Source of the DNA: Phoronis australis
Taxonomy: Eukaryota; Animalia; Phoronida
Assembly (NCBI GenBank): GCA_002633005.1
Contig: NMRA01001237.1
Location: 1-36,977 of the forward strand
Length of the DNA stretch: 36,977 nt
Reading direction: 5' to 3'
The position numbers were made by a program, and so were the translations under genes. Below, in pieces: positions 1 to 12,442 of this stretch (position 1 is the first letter of the stretch; every line of letters starts with the position of its first letter). The notes under the pieces were generated by a model. It had not been told where the DNA came from, did no database searches, and saw only the letters and a program-made list of their open reading frames with translations.

Positions 1-496
1 CTCGCTTATAGCCTCGATAGAAGAGCGAATCTAAGTGAAGAACCAGGTTTTATTTCTTAATGAAAAGTGACCTGTTATCCGTCGAAGAAACTTTAGAAGG
101 CTTCAATGCAATTGGCATATCCTTGCTAGTTAGTGATGGAGTAGATGCGTGTATTGCTTGGCCAAGAGACATGTTCTGGGGATAACCTCGATAGTGATAA
201 TGATAATAATGAGGATTGGTGTAGGCAAAAAATTATATGAAAAATATATATATCCATAAGCCGGAGATCCTCGAAGGCAAGAGCCGCTTCAATAAGGACC
301 ACCTTACAACGCAATAGATTACAACATAAAACATAAAACAAGTAAGGAATCCAAAAATGAGGCAGTAATTAGTTTCTATACATACATTTGACACTTCATT
401 TTAAGACTGGCAAAAGAAATCAATGGTGTAAGTACTTCAATAAATAAACAAACATATAAATAAACCTGACACCTTACTAAAATCAATATAGGGTGA

Positions 497-507
497 TACA
501 TACATAC

Positions 508-559
<52 letters not shown>

Positions 560-772
560 NNNNNNNNNNNNNNNNNNNNNNNNNNNNNNNNNNNNNNNNN
601 NNNNNNNNNNNNNNNNNNNNNNNNNNNNNNNNNNNNNNNNNNNNNNNNNNNNNNNNNNNNNNNNNNNNNNNNNNNNNNNNNNNNNNNNNNNNNNNNNNNN
701 NNNNNNNNNNNNNNNNNNNNNNNNNNNNNNNNNNNNNNNNNNNNNNNNNNNNNNNNNNNNNNNNNNNNNNNN

Positions 773-865
<93 letters not shown>
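497..865. repeat. Compound (TACA)/(TA)/(TG)n and (AT)n microsatellite spanning an N gap (560-772)
   Basis: Directly visible: (TG)n 521-559, N run 560-772, (AT)n 773-865. The ORFs listed here (poly-IY/CV/HT) are artefacts. Confidence 0.98.
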
Positions 866-866
<1 letters not shown>

Positions 867-1850
867 GCAGATTACGACGTGGTAAGCAGAACTTGCGCAA
901 ACGCCCTCGCACAACTTTGGTTCGACGGAGATTGTCCAGGAACTCATGAGTATCTGCCGCAGCAGGTGCGGCTGTCACCACGGCCGGTCAGCACCGAATT
1001 GCAGACTCACCAGAGTGACTTCATTTAGAGGACCACAGAGAAGAGCTATCAGCTGTTGCAGCCTTCAGCAAAGAGTGTAGAAATTAGCCCGAAGGCTCCA
1101 CCGAAGCGATGTGTCACCAAATGTTCTGGGATCTAGGTAAAAATGATGCCTTGAGAATGACCACTGACGGCTCCTTCTGTCAGTATACCAACCGAGCTGG
1201 ATGGGGATACATGATCCGCCAGAATGACCTGACACTTCCAGAAGGATGTGGTTGCCATGCCGTCTACACGAGCAGCACACGTATGGAATTCGAGGTTATC
1301 CAACAAGCCCTCCTCTGCCTCTCTGAATTGTGCCCTGATGCGACGACAATCATCTTCGCCACTGACTCGATGGCTGTGCTGACGAGGATCCGCTCAGGTC
1401 TCCTTCTATCCAACAGGCTTATTTTCCGGGACCACTTCCCACTCCAATGTGTTTTTGGACCTATATTCCGGGCCATGTCGGTGTTATTGTTAATGAACAA
1501 GCTGACTAGCTCGCCAGCCACGCTGTGATACCAGTGCCACTGAAGCTTTATGCACCTGACGTCTAGCTGCTTGCTCACCACAATGTTGTACTCCGCACAA
1601 AAAAAAACAGCTTGGCGAATACAGCGTGGGCCTTCGCCTTCTGCGACTGGAGGTTTCCTTTGGTCAACCAGATTCCACCCACCGGAAAGGTCCTCTGAGA
1701 AGACTCCACAATCAGCTCACTACGGGAAACATCACCGGCAATATCCTTCAGCTAATCTTCAATGGATGTACCTATGGGGAGACGATTTATGCCCAACATC
1801 TTCTATGAACTCCCTCGCAGAAGGTAATTCAAGAAATTCAGATAAGCTGA
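866..1850 (+). mobile_element. Decayed 3' fragment of an RNase H-containing non-LTR retrotransposon (Ingi/I-group-like)
   Basis: RNase H motifs appear in order: TDGS..RAGWG (1163+), TSSTRMEFEVIQQAL, IIFATDSMAVLTRIRSG. After a frameshift comes WTYIPGHVGVIVNEQAD*LA (1456-1515), then a C-terminal RKGPLRRLHNQLTTGNI segment resembling my recollection of Ingi-clade ORF ends. Frameshifts and stops indicate a dead copy. The clade assignment is inference. Confidence 0.8.
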
Positions 1851-1984
1851 TTGATTGTACGTAAGAAGTAACTACATTTGTATGTGTGTGCGCGTGTGCG
1901 TGCGTCTATGTGTGAAAAATAATATTTTTCTGTGTAAGATAGCGCAATTTGTGTATGGTTATTCACGGCGGACAGGAGAGATGA

Positions 1985-2036
1985 TATTCTGAAGTTAGCC
2001 AAATCTGGACATTTTCTAGGATGCTACATAACTTAA
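1985..2036 (+). mobile_element. Right-terminus fragment of the TTAA-bounded DNA-transposon family also at 6139-6649 and 15930-16213
   Basis: gaagttagccaaatctggacattttctaggatgctacataacttaa aligns with gaacttagccaaatgtggacatttttctagggtcgcacacaaccttaa (about 16166-16213). Confidence 0.6.
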
Positions 2037-3319
2037 CAAGATGGAAATCCGAAGCATCGGGAGGCACGCCATATGCAGCGATAATTTAGGCTTTCGCACA
2101 CGATGCCCACTGAGCGAGTTTTCATAATGTGGGAGGGCTTGCGTTTGGCAACGAGATATACATTGTGAGGTTAGCTGACGACCGCCATCTAATCTTTGGA
2201 AGTTATGTGAAAAAGAGGCATGGAACGCGAAACCTCTTCAAGAATATTTTTAAACAATTCCTGACGAAAGCACTATCTCGCAACGTCTGCTACAGAGTTA
2301 TTCACTTTGCCTTGTGAGTCAATTTTTGTACTACGCGCGAAGGAAAAACTCTGTAGTCACCACAGAGTTTCTAATCTCCCTTCTACCTATGATAAATGCG
2401 CGCATGCGCTCACAGTCATTCGACAAACAGCTGACTGACAACACTGATATTAACGTCAGATTATCATTTGTGATTGCACTCTGGATCTGAGGTCGACACT
2501 ATGTCAATATGAGGTAAGCCAGTGAAGCTACCAATTTCTCAAATAGAATTCCACTACGACCCCTTTGTAACTAATTTTAAACAGGTAGGACTCGCATCAA
2601 TTGTCTCTTAATTGGAGTGGCTTCTGCTTTAAGTCGCCATTGTTTTGTTTACATCAAGGGTCAGAGGTCAAATTTTCCACATGAGGGAATGTGCTCTTTT
2701 TATGTCTTACCATACCAAATATGGATACGTAATTTGCTTTGTGGGAGAAAATCGACGAAATAGCAAGCAATTGAAAGGTCGTTTCGTGAAATTTGAAACT
2801 ATAAGAAAAATGCTTTGTCATCAACAGAAATTCAAAATTTTTACGAACAAACCATAAAATGCCTGGTGAACAGGTTGAATTCTGTTCCAATGGCACGGAA
2901 TCATTCTGAATAAAGCAATTTAGTCTCGTTTTTTGCGTTCCCGGGCTCTTTAAGAACTAGCGAAATTATGTTGACAGTCAAATGAGTGGGGGATAAAAAA
3001 TCCAAAACATTCCCAAAGGAATTAATGGGGATTTATGCGAACCAAACTAAATTTAAATCCCCAAACATTATCGTAGTCAAAACAAAATTGGCTCTAAAGG
3101 TAACTCAATGAAAGTAAAAGAAATGAAACCATGCGTTGTTATTGTACACAACAGAGTCTTTCGTCCCCATGTGACATCATGAATTCTTGCTTTATGCTTT
3201 CTAGCCCGTTCTCAGCTTGCTACATAAGAAGGCTTTGTACCACAATATTAGCCTCGAATGGCCAATACAACCGTGTCATAACTCATTCAGTTATCTCACT
3301 AGTGAGTTAACGTTTTGGC

Positions 3320-3396
3320 GTTAACCGAGACCGGTTTCGAACCCGGACCGCAAGAGTTTCGGGTCGTCGACTTTACTGCTGCACCACTCAGCGGCT
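3320..3396 (-). mobile_element. tRNA-derived SINE head (Pol III A/B boxes)
   Basis: The minus strand has A-box-like TGGTGCAGCAG (3386-3376) and B-box GGTTCGAAACC (3343-3333) at tRNA-like spacing. I could not build a convincing cloverleaf. The body extent to the left is uncertain. Confidence 0.65.
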
Positions 3397-3939
3397 GACG
3401 TCACCGAATGTGAAAATAAAATACTTAAATGAGCACGCGCAACAGTCGCTGTTCAACAAAGGGCATTGTAACGACATTTATACGTTATGAAAAATAAGAC
3501 GCACAGCTTCCATAAAAACGAGATTTTAATTCAGTGAAATTTTTCTCTCATGTTCTCTCACTTGTAAATCATCGATCTCCAATTTGAATGTGGATATCGT
3601 GTCGACGGGATCCTTTGACTTGAGCATTATACATGTACTCAGTTACCAGTGGTAACCTACTTTAGCAGACGACATTTTCCCGGTCGAAGCTTAGCGTGAT
3701 AAAATGTGTAGTAGGCTATAATATTTGCTAAATTTATAGATTCACTTTATTTCTGTTTTGTTTAAATTTTCAATTGGTTTTGAGTAAAACCATTATTTGA
3801 TAAAAATAGCTCGGCTTTTCTTAAAACGTCACGATCTCCGACCCCGGGCCTCTGACATAGAAAGTAGTTACAGAGCCGAAGCGAGTCGAGAAAGGTAGCT
3901 TGATTCATTGCAATGTTTCTCGTTCAGGATGTGGTATAA

Positions 3940-4091
3940 ATAGATTATTACATGTTCTCAGTCGTTATCCCCTTATCTAGAGCCCTCGTGGATTGGAGAA
4001 TCATCGGCTCACGACCCTCGGGCGATAATTCTCCAAAATCCACTCGGGCTCTAGAATACGGGGATAACGACTTCGCCATGTAATAATCTAT
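3940..4091. repeat. About 150-bp imperfect palindrome (foldback/MITE-like element)
   Basis: atagattattacatg...agtcgttatcccc..tctagagccc..gtggatt.ggagaat is mirrored by attctcc.aatccac..gggctctaga..ggggataacgact...catgtaataatctat. Confidence 0.85.
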
Positions 4092-5190
4092 ATGTATCTC
4101 GTAAATATATAGTTTAAAAGGTATACCAATGTCTCTCAAATTAACTGTTGTTTTATTGAACGGAGCTTCATTAAACACGTCTTAGTGATGATATACTGTT
4201 GTAGTGTGTGTCTGTGTACAGTTATCGATGGAATTTTATCACCTAAACTTGTAATTAATTATACGCTATATTATTGTTCTAATCGTCTAAAAAGCAGACG
4301 TTTTTAATGAATGTCTGTGGTTGTATTATTGTTTTAACGGATTATACAGCCAAGATCAAGGGACAAGACCATTGCCAGTGCTTGTCGGGTGAATACCCCT
4401 TGAAGTGGATTCCCATTTTTGTGTTGTTGATTCCATTGTTAGACGGTTCTAGGGCTAGCCTAGTTTGTGTAGACTAGTTTAGAAAATAAGAAGTAAATGA
4501 ATTTGCGTTTGTTCCGTTATGTATTGTGGGAATTGGTAAAAAGGCGATTGTATTTAACAGCCTAACTCCTCCTCACTCTTCAGTCGAGTTCTACTGAGAC
4601 AATCTCCATCAAGTCCAAAATTAGCGGCACAGAAAAATATTTATCGTCAGTAAGCAATTCGAAATCCATGCTATCTCGCTAGTTACCGTCGTACGAGTTA
4701 GCAGACGCTGATTACCATAAACCCGTGAACGCGCACGAAATCGAGATACGCTATCTCGATGTCGATCTTGCAAAGACATAGCAGAAAATGTCCTATAACT
4801 AGGAACTCTTCTTTTGCTCATCTTACATGGAATCACCACGACTTAGACGGGCATGTCAGCTTTCGAACGAAACTTACGTTGCCTCCGTATCTTATGGCGT
4901 TTGAAGGACTCTCCAGATATAGATATCGATACAATCATATTTTGGCCCCAGAATTGACTTCAGAAGTGATTTGAAACTTCTGAAGTTTTCATTTTGACAC
5001 GAGCATTTACCGGTTAATTAAGCGCAAACTAAAAATAGACACTATTCTGAACACGGCCAATTTAGAGCTAGAATATTTAAAGCGGGTACAAACACGATTT
5101 CTATAACAAAACAACTTTTGATTCACACTAGCAGTTGTAAATTAATCTCAGATTATTCCTTAGTTGAACTGGAGGTGATTCCAGGGCCTC

Positions 5191-5217
5191 AAAAAAAAAA
5201 AAAAAAAAAAAAAAAAA
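5191..5217 (+). repeat. Poly(A) tract (27 A)
   Basis: Directly visible. Confidence 0.95.
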
Positions 5218-6138
5218 CTTGACAGTTTGTCATGGCTTGAGACAAGGCTCTACAAGTTGGCTTGTCACGGCGTGTCACTTAATGAACAGAACATCATCTC
5301 AAGCAATAGCGTTCAAAGGCCTGAAATCACTTCTCATGTCAGAAGGGACAAGACGAGCCCAAATGTATAGCAGTAAATTGTCTAAATCAAAAGTTCTCTG
5401 GTTAGATGGAGCACTGGTTTATAGCTGCTTCAAATGTTTTTTGAAATTTGGAATGTCTGAGGAAGTGTCAGATCACATTTTTCGAAAAATAAAAGTCACA
5501 TGACTACAGTAACGACCTGATATTATATTCATACACAATCTACCGAGTATCGTTTTCATGCTCTCAATATTTTCCCATAACCATCAAGGTTTTAAATTTG
5601 TATTGACACATGAAAGGACATTTGTGACCTTTGGTAGTGAAGACATGTCGTTACCAAGGAGATACCGCGAGATTTCAAGAACAGGAGCGCGTGCCGAAAA
5701 CACAAGACACTCGCAAGTAAAGCTAGTTGAACTGGAAAGAGTTTTCACACAACATGCTCCTTGTTTTTTACGTCATGCTGTGTGATTCCTTCCAGTTTGA
5801 CTTAGTTCGTAAGATGACGCATCATAGTTTGCTACTGAACCATTTTTTGGTTGTATAGTCACTGATAATTCTTGACTTAAATTCAGGGAAACGTTGGCGG
5901 GTGCATGTATTCATCTGTGTGTCGAAATGTGAATGTTGGTTCCCATGAAAGGTTTTGTCGTTTTATTTTTGTTCGCTTGTAATGCATGGCGATATCTCAC
6001 GGTGGCTTGTGTGGTCTGGCTTTTATCACACACAACTTTGCCTAAGGAAAACAGGCCGGATTCGCGTGTGGAATAACAATCGCGCCATTTCAGGAAAGTG
6101 AGTAGATTGATAGCGCCAGCTTACTTACAAGCTTTCCA

Positions 6139-6649
6139 TTAAGGTTATGCAGGACCTTATCGACAAGTCTGTACATTTGGCCATATTTCTGGAAAACTTT
6201 AAATTTTAACTCGGTAAAGGAATAGTTTATGAAAATACAAATTACGTGGAATTTGATTTCTGACTTTAAACCAATCTGTCAGTAATTAGATCACGTGACC
6301 TCTCTTTTTAGGAAAACTTAGCAAAAAAGAAAGGTACACTCATGACCAAAATTCGAAGATGCAAATGTTCAAGATAAAATGTCAAAAGCGCTGCTTCAGT
6401 TTTCTAATTTATCGTTTCGCTTTCGTTTTATGCAACTTGAAATTATTTTTTTAAAAAATCCGTAAGTTTTGCTTGATATCCTCTCATGCGAAAATGGAAC
6501 TTTTTAAAAACAATCGCTAATAGCGTTTTAGAGAACAGCATATAAAGTATAGTATCTGAGACTTTCATGTGAATCCGGTCAGCTATTTCTGAGGTACGCT
6601 GTTCCAAAGTTGGCCAAAATTGTAATTTTAGGGTCCTACGTAACATTAA
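6139..6649. mobile_element. Non-autonomous DNA transposon with TTAA target-site duplication and TIRs (Kolobok-like)
   Basis: Left end is TTAA|ggttatgcaggacc. Right end ggtcctacgtaaca|TTAA reverse-complements to TTAA|tgttacgtaggacc. The interior 6363-6649 aligns with 15930-16213. Confidence 0.75.
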
Positions 6650-7249
6650 CACGGGAAGTAAGAAATTTATAACCATCTAAATTGAGATTTTTCAGTGAAC
6701 CGACTGAATTATTGTTTCAAAGTAAATGCAAATGCAAATGGAAAATGGCCACAAAACTACATCCGATGCCGACTGAAATTTTAAAATCATTCATAACCAT
6801 TTTTTATTTTTGAGTATTAGTGTGGCATAAATTAGATGATCAGCACAGTCAGTATAATTGTTAAATGTCATATCTAGACTTGTAAGTAGAAATTAGAAGT
6901 GAATAATTATCGCCTACACGAATGCCTATGTTCAACTGGGTTTCTGACTACAGAGTTTTGTGAATATTCTTCGTCTAAGTATTGACTAGATGACTTCACT
7001 CTATACAAATGAAACTCAAACTTACCCACCAAGGACTGCTGTCTTGACCAAGCTAGATGGCTTTAGTGCATTTAAGATCTCTTCAATTTGACGAGCGAAT
7101 TAATAGCCAGCGCAATTGGCCGTTGGACCTCTTCAATGGCGATCACGTGATTTCGAGATGCACGGAGGGGGTTGCTGCTGAGCTCTTGGGGCTTAACTCA
7201 AGCCTCGTTTGATCCACGCGGACACCACACTCGAGGAACAACGGACAGG

Positions 7250-7660
7250 TTGGAGAGCATTCCTAACTTCATTGAACATGAACAATTACACTGATTTACA
7301 CCGACAGAGAGAAGAGTGAAAAACCGTGTAGCAGATCTCGGTCGCTTGAGCTTAATAAGAAAGACGTTGATGTCTGGGGAATTCACGAGTGGCGTTTCAT
7401 AAGTATTGAATTGATAGATTTTTCTCTGTTGGAGATTTGATCAACCAATGAAGAAATAGTCAATCTTCGACTTGGTTACGGTATGTCAAAATTAGATTTA
7501 CAGAGAACATGCTTATCTTCCGGACAGATCTCAATTCCACTGGGATTCGGATAATAGTCAGTCACAGGTTTTATAGAAGAGAGACGGCAAATAAAAACTG
7601 ATGAATGACATGAATTAGTCAACTGTCTTTAAAGTTGAATGTTAATCGCTTATGTTGTGA
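7250..7660 (+). mobile_element. Heavily decayed LINE APE-endonuclease remnant (RTE-like)
   Basis: Fragmentary translations resemble APE motifs in the expected order: LELNKKDVDVWGIHEWR (ELxxxxIDIxGLxExR), DLN..LG.DN, and DE*HELVNC (NENGxxLxxFC). Many frameshifts. Confidence 0.45.
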
Positions 7661-10600
7661 TATTATTGCATTTAGTAGTTAAGGGCATTTCTCTGTAAAC
7701 TTATCTTGAATGACCCCGCCCATAACACCGGTTTTAAGCGGCAATTTTTACACATCTTCTAAAACAGTTGACTACCCAGGGGTTATCAATCATTAAGAAT
7801 TACACTAGAAATTGGATTTTTGGTGAAATCAATTTAAAGTAATAGCTACTAATGAAACAAATAGTAACCACCGCGTGATTGATATTCGTGCTGCCAGACA
7901 ACGGAATGTCGACACTGATTTCGGTACATTTGCATGACGAATACTGTAATCTACCAGACAGATCATCCGAGTATCAAAAATCAATTGATTTCATAACGCA
8001 TTCAGGGGCCTCGGTCTAATCTCCGGTCTCGAAATCGAACTCGAGAAATTAGTTCTGATATTTTCCGTTCTAAGTTTAATGCGGACTCCAGATCAGTATC
8101 TATCATCCTGCATTCAAGCTTATTATGGTTTATGCAGATACGTTTCTAGCCCACGTTCGCACTTGATGACCCCTAGATTCGATTTATTTTTCACGAGTTG
8201 TATCACTGAGGGGGTGGAAACGATTCCACGGCTCGCCTCGAAATCTCAGTTCCGATCCCCTAAACTCCAGTTTCGGGCCACCAAACACCAAGCCCGCTGT
8301 ATAAATTCCACACCTGTTCCCCTAATTTCCACCTAAGAACCGAAAATACTCCGTATCCTGTGATTAAACTCACGGGGACCAAAGCGCATCCCTTGCGCAC
8401 AAGGCCCGCGACAGTGGCTGTACTGAGTTCAAACTGGAGCTATAAGGCGACGAACTTGGTGACGGCCTGATAAAAAACTGTCCCACACTTGTCAATAATG
8501 CGGCCATGACAGCCCTATGGACCGACTGGGGTTCACTGATAGGTTCAACAAGAGGCCGGCCGGATTCACAGCCTCTTATTTGATTAAAAAAAATCCAATT
8601 TGAAGTATATGCGATGTTTGCTTGACTTATTGTACGAGGCTTTCAAGTTTCAGTTTGTTTGTTGTAACTTCAACATATTTCTGGACTCACAATACAGAAT
8701 TACTCTCGACAGAGATAGTGTTATTGTTGACTTGTGGCCGTCAGTGGGACAAATCATATCGAATTTCGTGCGCCTCAGCCTGAATCTCTCACTTGTAAGT
8801 TACCTAGCGCCACATATCGGGACGCCGCGACAGCTTACACAAAGTAATTAAGTTGACTGAGTGTACATTTCCTCTTCCTATCCACAAACCATCTTTCAGT
8901 GCGAAATATTATTCCAATTGGTGCAGAATATCTTATACACTCGCACCAAAATGTTTACAAACCATACACAATAACTGAATAAACACTTAAGCCGTATTAG
9001 TACAAAGCGGTATGAGCCTTTGAATACACAATCAGTTTCGCCAAAAAAAAAAAACGCTCTTCATAAGTAGGATCAATATCTTGAATCAGTTGATCAGAGT
9101 CATTAAACAGCAAAACCTATTTTTTAAATTTTATAAATTGTTTAGACACGCGACTCTCAAGTAGTGTTGCTCCATTAGTGGCAGTCTCTCATGCAAAAAT
9201 CCTGAAAATATAACAAAAGCAACCACGCTATCTATTTTTGTACATATTGTAAACTCTGGATAAGACTTGCTTCTTCCTCAAACAAAATCCTAATGGTGAA
9301 AACATTTTACTTCTAATTACTATATAATTAATGTCTTGAAACGCTAATTCCTCTCCACAGGTTCTTAGGAAGATAGAAGCTCATAATCTTAGAGGTTTAG
9401 CAACACGCATAGATTGTCTGCGACCGGTCTTGAAAAACAAACAGCAATCTGCAAAAAATATAAAAGTAGTTGTTCCTCCACTACGAGGAATTGGCCAAGT
9501 CTTCTTCATCGGGAACTGTGAACTTTATTCACGCGCTGTATTTTGACATATTCGCTTCGGGGCTTCACGAAATTTACCGGGGGTGGATTTTACCTTAATT
9601 TGCAGCGTTTTACCTTTTCGACAAATGTAACAACCCATTGCAAGTGCTTGGATTCAAACTAAGCGTCGCTTTCAGCTCGTCGTGACCACTTCTTACAAGC
9701 ATTACACTCATTCCAATATTGATTAAAAGATTTTTCATATTCTTTATTCAACATCTTTTGAAACTGATGAAAACCTTCTTATGCATATATGGTGATGAGG
9801 CTCTTACTGAAAGAACCGGAGAAGTTCGTAGCCACGTAAGCCACTGTCATCTTCTATTAGTGCTTGGTATTCTCCATCAAAGTTACTATCCACAGATGGC
9901 GTCCGCTATCACAACTGTGCCACTTGTCTAGCTAGTTTACTTTCACTCCTGCGCATGACAATAGCGTCCAGTGATGCCTGATGTAAACATCACGCCATGA
10001 GTTGTTTTCCACACCGTGCATAAAATACCGAAAACGAAGTTAAAAGGCGATAAATGTCCAGAGAAACGCCCGCAGCCGAGTAGTTCACATTCTTGTGTCC
10101 TTAATTATGTTTAGTACTGGGTCCAAGTTCCTGTTCACAGATGGCGTCCACAACCATCACTGCTTCTGTTTGTTATCTCGCTTAACCTTCTACCCAGTAC
10201 GATCAACGATTTCCCAGCGCAAGTGTTTAACGCAGAAGTCGTTTCCCTCACGTGTATAGATTCCTCTTTGAGGCAACAAAGGTTCATAGTCAAGTAATCT
10301 ACATTCCTCAGTTCTTGATGCTTGTTGTTTGATCCAAATTAAAATGTACGTCGAGTGTCCACCACCAAACTGCTTTCGTTGGTCACCCTCCTTTGAAATC
10401 TGCGCTGCACAGTAAAGTATTTCCCCAGAGCAACTGTGCGCTGTATGAGCGATGAACCTTCAAAATAATTTGTCCGAGTCCCCAAAGTTGGTAGAGTCAT
10501 CAATGCAATCAAGTGTTGCACCGTACTGAGCGTCCGGAAAATAAATTAGAAATGAAAAACCAGACCATTCATTATTTTGGCGACGAATAACGGATCCTTT

Positions 10601-10954
10601 TACCAGTAACTGAGTTTGAAACGTCGCTGCAAATTTTTGAAACGCCCTTTACACGACAGAATGTAATGTATTCATCACTATATTGTTCACAAAAAATACA
10701 GTTGTGTCATTTACATTTTGTATCAATCCAGAAACTACATATTCTTGTACTAATTTTCGCTTTGTTTGTTACATCGCTTTTGTTGCAGTGTGCATTTTGC
10801 ATGAACACGAACGTTTTGAGTATTTTTAGGATGTCCACTTGATAGTGACGTAATTCAATGCTTAGTGGGCGGAATCGGCTATTTCTATTCAGTTTCTCTC
10901 TCGATCACCTCGAGCTGACAAACAGCATATGCCGTGGAAATCGTCGACATTCCG

Positions 10955-11020
10955 AGACGGTGTGGCGCAGTGGTTGGAGCTCCGGACTCCCACTTGGGAG
11001 ACTTGGGTTCAAATCCTGGC
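10955..11020 (+). mobile_element. tRNA-derived SINE head / tRNA pseudogene (possibly tRNA-Gly(CCC)-like)
   Basis: Perfect A box TGGCGCAGTGG (10963-10973) and B box GGTTCAAATCC (11006-11016), with loop CTCCCAC. The stems are mismatched and the 3' acceptor strand is replaced by a MITE. Confidence 0.7.
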
Positions 11021-11169
11021 GTGCGTTCAGTAGACGCTAGGACCTACGCTAGGACCTAGCTAAAACCTAGTCAAAGTCACGTGTTCTCATTTAAAATGCA
11101 CGGCAATATCTCACGTAATCTCGCGAAGTCTTGCTTTTTAGCGAGGTCCTAGCGTTACTGAACGGGAGG
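11021..11169. mobile_element. About 150-bp MITE with TIRs, inserted directly after the SINE head
   Basis: Left cgttcagtagacgctaggacct(acgctaggacct)agctaaaa versus the right-end reverse complement cgttcagtaacgctaggacctcgctaaaa. CTGGC is present on both flanks (11016-11020, 11170-11174). Confidence 0.8.
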
Positions 11170-12442
11170 CTGGCTTCAGTGGCTGACATTCGAGCATTTC
11201 ACAAAGATGTTTCCTACACCTCTGATCTCGGTCTTACTTGTGAATGCGTGCAAGGAAGTGAATGAGAACCTGGATATAATGCGAAAGCGATTTCTGGGTC
11301 TGTGCTCACATTTTTTTAAAACGACATTCCGTGAGTCTGCTAAAAATTGGCAAAGTGACAATTTACGAGTATGGAAAGCAAAACAAATCATCGAAAGCAG
11401 AAATGATCGCTTGGTGTTGCGTTTGATGCTCGAAATTATAAGATAATGTCAAACTGTTTTCGCCAGAAAACAGCGTCACTACAAACACAGACCCCGGTCA
11501 GGTTTCACTAACAAGTAAAACGGAGGAATAAAAAACACGAGGAAGTAAATATCAAATGCGCCATTGTTATTGCTAAATAAAGCGCGCGCACCTTTCTTAT
11601 TGTGAAAACAAGAACTGTTGTGCCTAGCCTTGGTGCAAAGCTGTATACTGAATTTATGTTGACGTACACCATGGGTAGCTGGCTGGCTAGGCAGTGTGCT
11701 ACACATATTCGCCCTCATTTATCATATATCCTAGGACTGTACTCCCAGGTATATCTTACACAAGTATTATTTTATGAAGGCAATCAGTGTTCACATAACA
11801 TAAAATTCACATGTAAATGTGAACTACAAAAATTGCTTGATGCTAGTTTAAAGCAATTGCCAGTTTTCTAGCAGCCGTTTATCTTGTCATAATGAGCCAA
11901 ACTTGGTTGAAGGCTCGAGTGCACCTATCAGATAAGAGATTGTATAAAGACTACGAATGACAATCGTGCGTTCAAGCAAGTTTGTGTCAAAGAAGGGCTG
12001 CTACCAAACTACATGTATACTGATTTCATAATGAAGTGATCCGGGGATTTTACCACTCAAATTTGCTTAATACTTGTTGATCAAGTCGAATTTACATGTA
12101 GCTCCACCGGCATAGCATAAGACTGCCATGATCGCGGGGATTGCAGGTTCCCTTTCGCACCGAGACTAATCTCAGGAAATCACTTTTCTTTCCGATAACG
12201 TCTCTTTAAAATGATGTGAAAGCTCAGGGATTACAAAACGAAAGCGAGGCTTTTCTTGAACATGCATCAAGTTATTTCCTGCATGATTCATATTCAAGGT
12301 GTAAATGATTTTCTATTCAAACCCTATACTCTGGGGCATTGTGCAGTGGTAGCGAACACTATTGTGAACAGCAAGGGTCAACCATTTGACGTGTAGTTCA
12401 AAGTCAGTTTTCAAGTTGGCATGGCGTAAACTGCACGTAGGC

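Noticed and set aside
376-1028. Five ORFs of 130-200 aa with poly-IY/CV/HT tracts
   Set aside because: They are read-through of dinucleotide microsatellites and the N gap, not genes.
2100-2632. Second THAP/Kolobok relic (minus-strand FVRNC...FF.*LPK..W and a TTAAAGCAGAAGCCAC end at 2632)
   Set aside because: Suggestive, but too degenerate; no matching left terminus or CxxHF motif was found.
4195-4620. Possible solo LTR
   Set aside because: No convincing TG...CA boundaries with a TSD, and no second copy in the window.
5161-5735. Poly(A) plus repeated TAGTTGAACTGGA as a retro-insertion with TSD
   Set aside because: The A tract lies near the left repeat on the + strand, which is the wrong geometry for a retrocopy tail. 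No recognisable insert is present.
10955-11030. Functional tRNA-Gly(CCC) gene
   Set aside because: The acceptor stem cannot form and the D, anticodon and T stems have several mismatches. Treated as a SINE head/pseudogene.
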